A stretch of 64,000 nt of DNA from NCBI GenBank assembly GCA_050230475.1, contig JBFLGF010000103.1, forward strand, positions 1 to 64,000, in the 5' to 3' direction. Within the stretch, counting starts at the first letter, position 1, and each line of letters begins with the position of its first letter. Origin of the DNA: Ancylonema sp. (Eukaryota). Shown here piece after piece: positions 1-12,300 of the stretch. Position numbers and translations under genes: made by a program. The notes beneath the pieces were generated by a model. That model did not search any database. It had not been told where the DNA came from and saw only the letters and a program-made list of their open reading frames with translations.

Positions 1-620
1 ACCAAATGGGACCATCCATAGCCAAATATTGTCGGGTTTCTTCCAAGGTTTAAATTAACGGGTTCAGAATTATTCGTTTTACTTGTGGGTGACCTCCCTT
101 ATATACGGTTCCGGTTGTCGACTGCACTTTGTACAGTCGTTATATCCAGTCCATACGTCACTCATGACTGTTTTCTCACTTTGTTTTGTTATACCTATAC
201 GGGACCGTCCATAACGTACGCTCTGATGCGGGAGCAAAGCACGAGCAGAACCGTACTTGCCACGTATTCACCCCTGTTCTGGTGTACCGAAAACGGTTCG
301 GGACTGGCACGATTTCTTTCCCGAACCGGTTTTGCCGCAAGAACGGGGGGAGGTCTGATCTGCAAGCAGCACCATATGCTACAGAAAATATCCTCAGCAG
401 CCGATGCTGGAGGTCTCCTACAGTCTACATTTGGATAACGCCTTCAGCTTCACACCTAGAAACTCCCACTCAGCAGGCAGAGACGTCGCTTCATCTCTGT
501 CGTCGCTCCAATTTCACTGAAGTATCAATTATCTGAAATGCCGTTTTGCACAACTCGTTCACCTCGAGGGAGGATGCTTAGGAATTGAACTTACTGCTTT
601 ATCTCTGTTCTGTTTCTGCC

Positions 621-2154
621 ATGGACACACGTGCTCCCAATAGCGGAAAACCATGGATACACGTCCGAAGAGAGCCATTTGAGCATGGGCTCATCCCCAT
701 TAAATCAGTCGCGCATGCCGAGGGAGTGGACGCTTTACGGCGTATCAGACATGAGCTATCAGCCGCAGCAGTCTCCTCCCCAGCTGCCCACGCTCTGAAT
801 GCGACTTCGAACCAAGAACCTCGTGTGACGGGAGAAGCCATTGCTGCCTGCTTAGGCATATCCCAGTCCCACGCTTCCCTCCTGCTCGACACCTTGGCAT
901 CCGTGCTCCCAGACTTAGGCACTGACGAGGCCACGGACGCCCATTTTGACGTGGACCCCCTCGCTGTTGCGCCCTTCTCTCCAGTCCAATCAGTCGGCGC
1001 AAATGTAGACTCCCTCGTCGTCCTCTTGTTTCTCCAGAACTATAGGAGGTCTACCGCCCGGCCCCAGCTGACTTCTTCGGCCATGGCAGATGTGTGGCCC
1101 GCAGCTCCGTCCCCTTTCGATAATCTCGCTCTCTCTGCGACATCGCCCATCTCTCAGGTGAAGGCGGCTGACTGGTACTGGCAGGTGGAATAGGCGATGC
1201 CCTCATTGCCTCTACTGCTTCTGAAAACTATGACTGGTCTATGAATGTCTCTCTCTGTTTGAGACTCAGAGATCACACATAAACCTTGTGAAGAACCAAT
1301 GTCGTCGCCACATTTTGCAAAGACCCGCATTTCAACCGTGTTCAGTGTGAGGCTATGGAATCAGTTGCGTTTTTCAGTCATCGATTTCCTGTCGACGAAT
1401 GGTATTGTTATATTGGAACTCAGGAGATCTGTAAAACGAGCTGTTTGAGGTGAAAGGGAAGAAGCGAGTCGTTCCGTCTGAACGCTTAGTATCTGGTTGC
1501 CAAGTTTGCTGCGGAGGGTGGCGGCAGAAGCAGCGGCAGAACAGAGTGGCAGATTAGAACAGTGTGGCAGAAGTCGGACTCAATGCACTTCGATTTCCCA
1601 CATACAATCAGCAATGCTGCTCTCTTTCCCGGAACTTTCCATCATCTCACATTCCTCACCTTTGACGGTCATTGAAACAACAAATCATTTGTAGAACGTC
1701 AGACCGTCTCACACTTGCAACCCTCCATTCCTCCATCTTACAGCTCCTTCTAAACCTTTCGCCGAAAACCTTTTTTTTCCTCTTGTTCTGTTTCTCCAGT
1801 CGTCTAAAACCTCGCCAGGTCGCGAGCGCTTTGTGCCAGCTCAGCTGGTGGAAGAGGCGCACTCGCTGGCCTTTGTGCAGTAACACCTCTCAGCTCTCCT
1901 CACTATTCTGGCCGACTACTGCGTAGTGGGGACACCTGTACGCCCCCAGCCACTTCTCAATCCCTCGATACAGTCACAAAACGTACCAGGAACCTGAGGC
2001 TCTCATTTGCTGCGTGGGTGGTACAAATGATTACGGCTTACAGTCACATGTGTAGGGGATGACGATGAGGCAATGGTAGTAGACCTCATCTTGGGTTCTG
2101 ATGGCCAGGAAGATGAGGAAATGAAAGCACATATATCGGGAACAACGTCATCAG

Positions 2155-2186
<32 letters not shown>

Positions 2187-5100
2187 CCACATGAGGTTTG
2201 GGAACCAAATCTGTGGACTCCTCATCCTCGATCTTTCCGCTTTCCCATCCGATTTCTGAATTCCCTTTCGGGTTATTTTATTCTTGGGTGCAGGCCCTCT
2301 CTGGTCCCAAGTTGGATGTGATCACTCTGCTCCTCAGGGCGGAGGGGGGCCACAAGCTGAGTCTAGCCACCCCTTTCTTCCCCCCCTCCCCTCCCGGCAC
2401 CTCCCCCCCCCCCATCCCCATCCCCCACCTCCAGGAATGGCTGCTCCAACACATATGCACCGCGTCAGACCACGTGGAGGGTGGAAGAGGGGGGGGGAGG
2501 GTCTCTGGGTTAGGGGACATTGGCATGGTAGATCGGTTTGGGGGCAGGGTTGGGGGAGGGGGGGGAGGGGGGGGAGGGGGAGATGTGATCATGGGGGAGG
2601 TGGGTGGGGGTGGGGGGTTGGCTAGCAAGGCTGGGGGTGGGCAGGATGGTGTTCCAGCTGCAAACGGGGGGGGGGGGGAGGAGGCGGTGCCATCTGGCAT
2701 CACGTGCATCGACGGGGTGACAAAGATGTCGGGGCTGAAAAATGAGGCGGATATCCAAGGGGGCATGCTGAGGGTGAGGGGATGGGGGTGGGGTTTTAGG
2801 GAATCGGAATGAGACTGGGGGTTGGAGTGAGTCTACCCGCCTGAGTTGGGGAGGTTGGGTCTGGGGCATGGCAGACAGTGGCTTAAAGTGGCGAAAGATG
2901 GCAGAAATGGCAGATGTTGGCAAAAAGATGGCAAAATGAAGCACAGAGGGGACGGTCATCCCTGCCGTTTTGAAGTGGGTCACCAAGAAGTTGGCAGAAT
3001 CTGCGAGAGTTTATGGTAGAGTTTGTGCCCCGCGAGGGGCAGATATAGGACAGGAATGTGGCACAAGTGCCGGGATTTTTTCTGCCTATTTTCGCCATCT
3101 GGCACAAATCACTGGCACTCCCACACCTGGCCGCCTTTAGGCTCATGTAGGGAAGGTAGAATATCGGCAGAATGCGGCAGAAGGGGGTTTCTGTGGATTC
3201 TGCCCAGCGCTCCGGATAGGGTCAAGAACGTGAGCTTCACGTTAGAAATCAACAGTGCGTAAAACGACGTGTACCGATGTAGACACACACAAAATGCTGC
3301 TGGTTGTAGGAATGACGCGAATCGCCCCTCTGCCTCCATTCGTCCAGGTGTCGCACTGCCACGACTGCGTCCTCTATGTGCTGGCAACTGTCGAGTACGT
3401 CACTATCGTCGGCTGCTCGGACTCCATCCTGTTGCTGGGGGCGGTTGGGAAGGTGATTCCTTCCCCCCCCCCCACGTGCCCCTCCTCTATTCACTCACGT
3501 TGAATAGCGTTAAATGCTGAATAATGTCAAGCCCCCAGATACAATTTTTCAGAAAACTAACCCCAGATACCCAACCTCATATACCCAACCTCATATGCCG
3601 AATCTTGTATACCGAACCCCATGTATCAAACCTCAGACACCAAACCTCAGACACCCAACCTTGTATACCAAAACCCCAGATACGCAACCTCAGAAAACGT
3701 ACCCAGAAATCTTGTGCGACCTCCGCACGGCCATCCCACACGCTGCCAGGTGGCGGCTCACAAGAGGGCGTCCCTTGGGGGGTTTGTCAGGCGGTGAAAG
3801 TGGAGAGCTGCGAGCGGCTCCAAGTGATCGCTGCGTGTGCGCGGATCCGGATCGCAAATTGCCGCGAATGCACGTTCTATTTGGGGCCCAATCAGAGGCC
3901 GGTGGTGATCGGAGATAACCACAACCTACAGGTGGGTTGGGGGGGGGGGGGGGGGGGTTTAGGTGGGGGGGAGAAGGGGGAAGGTGAGGGGGTGGGGGGA
4001 GGGGGCAGGAAGGGTGGAATGGGGGTAGATACGTTGTTGGTCATGGTGTATTTTTTGGGGTGTTTGGTTCTCGGATCTTTCGTTCTTTTACAAGTTGGTG
4101 GGCCCTGTACACAACACAAATACTTTTGATGTTAAAATTTATATTTCCATTTGTTTTTAGACAAAAAAGAAGGGGAAATAAAAGAAGACGCCCCAAAAAT
4201 ATCTATCATGCACGTCACCCAAAGAACCCCATCCCCCCCATCCTCCCCATCCCCCTCATCCCCCCGATCCCCCTCCACCCCCCCCCATCCAGGTCGCCCC
4301 CTACAACACCTTCTACCCCAAGCTAGAGGCACACCTAGCCCGTGCCGGCATCGACCCCTCGTTCAACGCCTGGGATCGTCCCGTGGCCCTCGCAGCATCT
4401 GATCTGCACGATGGGATCTCGCACCCGGCTGGGAATGCTGACGTGGCGGTGCAGACGCCCATGCTGCTGCCGCCTGAAAAGTTCTCGCCCTTTGTGGTGG
4501 GTTGGGTGAATTTGGGGTTTAAGGATCGTAGTGGGACTTGTTTGGCGGAATGGGATGTTGGGGGGGAGGTGGGTTTTGGGAGAGATTGGTGGGGATGGGT
4601 CGTCGAAGCGATGGATTGATAGATGGATGGATCAATGGATCGATGCATTGATAGATTTTTGGATGGAGTGATTGATCACATGACAAAGTTATCAAAGAGA
4701 TGATTGTGTTGAAGTTATCACACGATGATTGATCACTCGTGTATTTGATGGATGAGGTATTCATGGACTCATTGACTCCGGTCGCTATGCTTTACACGTT
4801 TGATGTTTTTAAGAATGGCCACACAGTTTTGGATGGACCGTTTTGACCAATTTTATTTTAGGGTTCTTGACTTCAAATATAGAAATGATCGAATCCCCCT
4901 ATGACTCACCCATCTCCCTTATCATTGGGCCAGGTGCCCTTCCGCGGCTACCCCGAGAATCCGGATAGCGTGACACGTGGCAACCCCTTCCCCCTACCCC
5001 GACCGTACCTAGCAGCAATACAACACAAGGTGGGCCTCCCCCCTTCCCCTCCCTCCCCCTTGCTTTGGGGAAGTTTGAATGAGAGAAGCCTTTTGCATGT

Positions 5101-6270
5101 CTCAGTCTTAGTATCGAGGATGCAATTCACAGCGGGGGGAGGTAGGTAGGGGAAGGTGAGGGGGGGCTTTGAGAAGCAAGTTGGCTCCACATGTGTGTCG
5201 AAACTTTGTGTGTGAAAATCTTTATTGAGAGTTATTATTGGGTGATGAATAAATTATGTTAAAAAATAAATAAAAAAAATTGCGACAATTGATGGAGGGG
5301 TTTGGTGTGGATTGAGGCTGCTTAGGTCAAGAACACGAGGTGGAGATGAAATATGGGGAAGGATGTAGGGACTGAATTCGGTTTACGGAAAGGTTAAAAT
5401 GTGAGGATGGGTTGTGATGGGATGTGCATCTATTGAGGTGATGATACCCATAAAAAATAGTCACTTTCCCCCCCTACGCCAAAAAAAACACAGAGGAGAG
5501 AAAAAAACAACCAAACAAACAAAAAGGAAAAGAAAAGGATCGGGAGAAATTGAGCAGTGCATGGCAACCTGTTTTGAGCAGACAAAGAGTGTGGAAGCGC
5601 TACGTCAAACTCTGAAGGTGGCGGTTTTGGAGGATAGTCGCAAAAAGGATCTCACAAATGTCATACAAGCACACTTCAAAGAGTGGCTGCTCTGTAATTT
5701 TCTCGACCAAGCAAGGGAGGTTTAGAGACCACAGTTTTAAGATTCAAGTTGTTAGAAAAAGATTTTCCGGACCATTGACGTGAAATGAAGGAGAGAGTGA
5801 CAGTAACGAATGAAGAAAAATGGAATGCATTGCACAAAAGGTGTGTCATCGGTTTCGCAAAGCATCGATTTGTGCGTGTTTTGCATGAAATCTTGTATGG
5901 AACCAGGGAGGCATACACACGCTTACTTGCTAAGGTTCCGGATTGTGTCTGAATCGAGTCGACCAAGGGAAGGAAAGAGAGAGGTTTTTGGGATTGGTAC
6001 ACGCTCAATTATTTGAACTTGTTTGGATTTGAAATTGTACATGTGAGGTGAAATTTGAATTGAGGGGATTAAGAATAAGATGAGTTTGCACGTCACAATG
6101 AATAGAGTTATCGACATCACGCATGTAGAGAGCAGTCAAACAGAAATGATCGCTAATGAGTGAAGGCAGGTAGCATTTCTCAAGTTTGGATTGGTGTTGT
6201 TGTTGTGTGTGCAGCTTCGGGGAACATTCGACAAGTATACGACTTGGCGAGATTGGATAAGGAGTCTTGA
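621..6270 (+). CDS. TBCCD1: TBCC domain-containing protein 1-like gene, 9 exons (621-1157, 1800-1937, 2294-2773, 3348-3452, 3791-3931, 4293-4496, 4934-5029, 5582-5693, 6215-6270); in-frame TAA at 1881-1883
   Basis: All introns are GT-AG and phases are consistent. Motifs match the plant TBCC/C-CAP family: PRREPFEHG-like N-terminus, VSHCHDCVLYVL, AVKVESCERLQVIAAC-RIANCRECTFYLGPNQRP, VAPYNTFYPKLE, HFKEWL-SGNIRQVYDL. Ends at TGA 6268-6270. Confidence 0.88.
2145..2186. repeat. (TCA)n microsatellite in TBCC intron 2
   Basis: Run of about 13 TCA units with one interruption. Confidence 0.9.
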
Positions 6271-7608
6271 GCGAATCCGAGATGTCGGTCATGAATAGAT
6301 GCAGAACTTGCATTTTTATGTCATGCACAAGTCCTAGAAGGCAAAATTCAATTTCAATTCGAGTCCATGTTGTGAGTCTCAACTTCTTCTAGAGAACCTT
6401 TTTTTTTGGTTAGGTTAGTATGTGATGTGGGGATTGCTTGATGTCTCCAAAGTTGAATTACGCGACTGGATATGCTTAATGGGAGGTTGTGTCGAATGAA
6501 GCAATACAACAAATTTTCATCGCCCAAATCACAACAATGTTGTACAATATTAGTGTCGGTCCATATATGATCGTGTGCATACATGGTAGTTGCGCCGCCG
6601 GCTGCAATTAAGAACCGGTACAGGCGGTAGTGTCACAAGTGGTTTCACAATATCGAGGGTTTGCTAATGTCTTAAGGAATTACAGGAATCCCGGCGGACC
6701 CCTGGTTGGCGGTGCGTGATGTCGCATGCGCACACATTTGTCAGTATTGTGCAATTGATGTACGTACACTAGTCATGATTACATGTGGTAGCAATACGCA
6801 GTTGCATTCGGCATAAACTTCAAGAATACTTGGACGGGGAGTACTCCAGGAGCGCTAGACGACAAGTTAGCGTTTCGGAAGACTTGGTTGTAGTTGCAGC
6901 TCAAGACCTTAAAGGATGCTCTTTCTAACACTCTGACCCTTACCGTTTCAGAGTGTGGCCCGGTGGTGTTCAACGATCTCCTTGCATTCACTGAGCAATG
7001 GTACGGCATTGTCTGCATCCTGGTTGGCATATTAGATCTTTGATTTCGATTCATACAAGAGACTGGTCGGGCAATTTGGCGATAAATAGAGCTAACGGAA
7101 GAATTCAGAGTATCCGCATTCATTATAGTTTCAAACACTCCTGTTCATGAACTCAAGCAACACCTTGCCTTGGGTAAATCTTATTCAGAATCATTTTGCA
7201 CATGGTGGAGGAGATGTGTACGAGTTGTGCGCTTGCACTTGGTGGTGTAGATGATGGGGAGAGATACATTTCGATTAGACACATGGCACACGTATGCGTG
7301 TGTAGAGAGCATTAGTCCACATGTGCGGGTTTGCAGTGAAGGTGGCGTTTGTCATTAGGTGTGGTCACACGTGTGAGGAGACATGTATCGATATGTTCGT
7401 TAGTGAGGTGGCATTACACGTGTGGGAGTAGATGATGCTAAGTGGCACGACGCTAGGAATTAGATTCATTTATATTGCAGTTTAGTAACAGTACAACTTT
7501 TTTGAACAATTGCCGAAATCATGTAGGAAAGGGAACTCAAATCTTTACATTTTACACATTCCTAAAGTCCTTATCAAATTCATTTTCACTTGATATTAAG
7601 TCCAAATA

Positions 7609-9773
7609 TCACAGTACCACCTCGCTGTCTACCCAAAGTCGAAACATTCTAGCTGAAACTGCGTCGGGAAGCTTCTCAACTTTCTCCCTCAACAATTTCC
7701 TATTCTTGCTAATAAAGGCAAGACACGAATCTCTCACAACCTTGGCCTCGAATGTGTCGGCATCAATGAGGACACCCATAACATTGTCCAAAGTGATGTA
7801 GCTCTTGTGCGAGTCTTCCACACACTCCACCAGCCTAGGCACAAGGTACTTGTCTCCCATTGCCCACAAGTGGGCGACACAAAGAGTGTTGTAAGCCTCT
7901 GAATGCATCTGTCCAGTGTACACGTACTCTAGAAACTGCTCAACCGCTAAGTGTGAGAACTCTTTCATTTCGACGCGGCTAGTTCGTGTTTCCTCCATAT
8001 CGGTTGTGAACATAGCTTTCAAAACTGGCGAAGCAGCCATCTGCACTAAAAGAAAGTTGTTTTGAAGCTGTTATTGCATGAGCAAGGGAGGTGTATTGGA
8101 TTTATTACAAGAAAAGAGAAAATAAAAACAACATCACATCAAAACTAGTCTCCATCCAAAAATCTTTTCACACTCCGAAACCAACAACAAATCATTTAGT
8201 TGTTCATGCAAAAAAACGCTGAAAAAGCATTGTGAAAAGCACGCACACATACTCATGCACTCCCCTGTACTTGCATATGTATGCAAACACTCTTACATCT
8301 GTAACTTAATCATGAGCATACGCATAAGCATTAATTGGCATGGGTTAGCATATTGTTTCGATGGTATGATCATATGATGCTACATTAAAGCAAAGGGACA
8401 CATCCCGACAACTTACCAAGACCACCCCGTGGGCATATAGAGTGCCTGTGCTCGTAGAAATTGTGATGTCTGTATTTATCTGCTGTTCTCGAAACTCCCA
8501 CAGCGTCTTCCCGAGTGAAATCGACGACAAGGATGAAGATTGGCATTGAGATTTCTGTCCCTACGCATTGACTGACACAAGGTTTAATCTTCCAACCTGA
8601 ATCAAGACGCATGTTTTACTTTGTGAGATAGAAACGAAGACACAATTCCTACGATGATTATGTCAATGTAAGCCACACAATATAGCCATAGATGAAAATT
8701 CTTCGCCAATATGCTCATTGGCTGTTTAGGAGAGAATTGTTTGAAAGCTTCAAACAATTGCTGACCTCAAATTGCACCGTCAACTTCAGGATGTCGGCTA
8801 CAATGTACCCTTCTGCAATGTCCTCGAGAGTGCCGAGTGGCAAGAATGCGGTGAAACCCCAATCCATCTCTTTTTTTGAAAACTTGTGGCTTGTTTCTGC
8901 AGAAGACACAAAGAAAGACATCTCTTTGCAACGGTCGTGGCTCCACACAAGCGAAGGCAAACCATAAATAAAAATTCCGAACAATGTTTGTAAGAAAATT
9001 TAGCGTGGTTTGGGGCTGCCATTGTGTTTCCGTGACATTTTCAGACTAGCTTGCTAAGGCTTCTGGCCTTTGGACCTCTATGTGCATGAATGTGGTAATT
9101 GATAGAATTCCGTCTACCTTTAGTGATGGACTTCTCATCTTTTTCATTCGCCAATATGAGTGAGAAATAGTAGCATGTGTTCTCCTCCGAATCCACAGGG
9201 TTGCGACAATCGAGGTACACGCTCAAGAAGTTTGTTTTGTTACCCTTCGGGTAAACGAGGAGTCTCCTGGCGAGGAAGAAAGGCACAAGTCAACATCAGA
9301 AAGACTGATAAGATGGTCAGGGTTGATCGACTCAACTCTGGTAAAGGCTTCAGGTATTCGTAAAATCAAATGATGCAGCGCACAAGTAATGCTTGAAACC
9401 AAGGTGGTGTACATCCATTCAGGAAGATAGTCTCTGTCCCTTTACCCATGACGTACATCATCGCTGATGCATTGGCCACGTCATTGGTCACATCATTGGC
9501 CACGTGTGATGTCATTGGCCACTCCACAAAAGTCATGCAATTGTTGGCCACTAACGTATTTGGTCTGAACATTATACCATTTGGCTCCCTGAGGCAACAT
9601 TTTAGTACTTGTGGCTCATGCATCAGATGGTCATTTCTCATCTCGACATCTTACCAATTGTATCCATGGAACTGAAACGGCTCAGAATATACCTTCTGAG
9701 CTTGAATTTTCGAGAACTCCGAAATGGACCAGGCAAAGACTTCTGCCGATTCTTTTTCAATTTTCTTATGCAT
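7609..9773 (-). CDS. MATH-BTB (BPM/SPOP-like) CUL3 adaptor, 5 exons (9773-9655, 9266-9118, 8896-8766, ~8560-8417, 8040-7609)
   Basis: The spliced frame is open. MATH motifs FAWSISEFSK, W-RLLVYPKGN, LSVYL, DWGFTAF. BTB motifs TDITI, YAHGVVL-AASPVLKAMF, FLEYVYTG, DKYLV. The exon 4 acceptor is ambiguous by 6 nt. Confidence 0.88.
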
Positions 9774-10077
9774 GGCTCTACTAGAGTGGGCGATCACCAA
9801 TAGCGATATGCAATGGGCTGGGGAATCCCGCTGTATGTACTACCTCAGGAATGAAATGGCTTCCGTAATTATCAGGCTTTATCGTTGTAGAAACGCAGAT
9901 TGCTGAGAAATTAGTGCCTGCGTTAATGAATGCCTTGCCTGCCGTTGTTTGGCCTTCTCCACAACTTATCACTTCAACGTATGTCTCAGAGCCGCTTGGA
10001 CGATAAGACTCGATTTCAACGTTGACAGGGTCACGTGGAATTGCCCTCAGTGTCGAGGTTGGGAGACTGTTTGCCAT

Positions 10078-10860
10078 TTATCGTTCGCAAATATACTTTT
10101 TCAATTAGTAACTTTTTCGACTTTTTCGGTGATAAAAGTCGACTATTTACTTCCGGACTTTCCGGGTTTGAAATCTGTACTTTTTCACGCGTGTAAGAGC
10201 AATTCGTGACCTGTCACCTTTTATCAAGAAAGTATTTTCCGGAAGCTTTTTCGGCTTCCGTTTCAAATTCGCTTAAGACGTCAATTACGACGGTTAACCC
10301 GATATTTTCCCGGGTTTCTTCGCGAAAATGATTTTGATGCAGAATTGTTGCGGAACTGGATCTGATCCGTTCTGCAACGCTCTCAGCGCCTGTTTTGCAC
10401 TCTGACTACCCCTTCAGAAGACGTGCACGCAGTGGGAAAACACGTCGTGAGCCCGTGATGGATCTCACCGCTGCGTTCGCTTTTTTGGAGAGCGATTCTG
10501 ATGATGACGAGGCTCCGATTCCCCTCCCTTCCCCGCCCTTTCTCGTTCCGGATTTTTTTGAGGAAGACGACGGTGAGAGCGATAGCATGGTATTACTGTT
10601 CGGAATGTTCGGAATGGCTGCATATTAGTCAAAGAATATTCAGTCAGGGGTGCGTGGATATGACGTTCTAAAATGGATGAATGGTATGACGAATTGATGG
10701 AAGGAGAACATGAGGATTTTAGGCGAGGAATGCGTCTCACGGAAATGGGTACCGACATACTTGATGTGGCGAGAGAGTGCGGAGGCTTAGACAGCAATGG
10801 TTGAAGGATCGCAGCGCATGAGGCCGCACGGAGAGACGAGAGGCGCAATATCCGGTGTCC
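10078..10860 (+). mobile_element. Degenerate, internally deleted PIF/Harbinger-like remnant
   Basis: Begins TTA|TCGTTCGCAAATAT, and the same start recurs at 37277. An interrupted frame AWI*RSKMDEWYDELMEGEHEDFRRGMRL (~10650-10740) resembles the N-terminus of Harbinger transposases. No right TIR was found. Confidence 0.45.
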
Positions 10861-11262
10861 AGGACACGAAATTTCGAAAGCGCATTATCGTGCTACATTC
10901 CATCGTGTGATGTTCTCACGTGCGATTAAGGATATATAACGAGCTTTGTCGTAATATGCATTCACACGTGCGAATTCCATGTGAATCCCTTGTAATGGAT
11001 GTACCCACATAGAGACGCGACCAAGCATTGGTCCAACACACATACGTGCGCGATAGCATACATCACTTGCAAGCATCTCGTATGCGTTTACAACGTGGCA
11101 AATATTATTTTCTCCCCCCCCCAAAGATGAGTCAAGCTCCCGCGCACTCAGCTTTGCACACTTTGCGATTGTGATGTGTGCAACTATCTTTGCGGCAGAC
11201 CTTCTCCACAATCCTTGATGATAGGCCTGAAACCACATGTATAAAATCATCAATATTGCATC

Positions 11263-12300
11263 TCAAATTTGTAAATTAAGCCCTAAGCTTCTCTTACAAA
11301 TTTGGCCGATCAATCAATTCGTGACCAAATGTGCACTTTGGTGTGAATTGACCATTGCATCATCCACCTAGGAGTGATGTTGTGGCCATGCAATCCATCC
11401 TGGAGTTGCCATTCCTGTGTTGAACTTTTGATGATCCACAAAGTCTAAACACTATATAATCATGTATTACGTATGTGGACCCATTCCAGTGTAAGGAGCT
11501 CCTTTGGCATTGAGTTACATTTGTAGACTCATGACACCAAAACCGTCTTTTTGACTCTCACCACCAAGTGGCCGACCCGAATGGGTCTTCTCCAGATTCA
11601 TATGTTCATTGTTTTTCTCAAATTTGTCAAATAAGCCATATTCCCATATGCTTCAGAATGAACAAATTTTGCCAATCAATTATCACCCTTCTCCCAAATG
11701 TGCATTTTGGTGTGGTATAAATATCGCATCATCCAACTAGGAGTGATGTTGGGCCATGCAATCCATCATGGAGTTGCCCTTCCCGTGTGGTTGAACCTTG
11801 GATGATCCAAGAGGTTAAAACACCTTATAATCAACGAAAGTGGATCCATTCCGGTGTAAGGAGCTCCCTTGGCAATGAGTTATTTATAGACTCATGACAC
11901 CAAAACAATCGTCTTGACTCTCACCACAAAGTGGCCGACCCGGATGGGTTTTTTCCAGAATTATTATGTTCATAGGGCTCATGATTGAGAATATCCCTAA
12001 TCACAGTAATGAATTGGGTAATGCATACAATAGTGCCTGAGGCATGTCCTTGGTTTGGCCTTGCCAAGAGAGGTTCATTGTTTATCCAAATTTGTCAAAT
12101 AAGCCATATTCCATATGCTTCAAAATGAACAACTTTGGCCGATCATTTATCACCCACTCCCCAAATGTGTACTTTGGTGTGGTATAAATATCGCATCATC
12201 CAACTAGGAGTGATTTTGTGGGCCATGCAATCCATCTTGGAGTTGCCCTTCCCGTGTTGAACTTGTGGTGATCCAACAAGTTAAAACACCTTGTAATCAC
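11263..12300. repeat. Diverged tandem repeat, ~355 bp unit, about 2.6 copies
   Basis: Blocks such as CTAGGAGTGATGTT-GGCCATGCAATCCATC-TGGAGTTGCC recur at ~11370, ~11740 and ~12205. GACTCATGACACCAAAAC recurs at ~11526 and ~11889. Confidence 0.85.
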
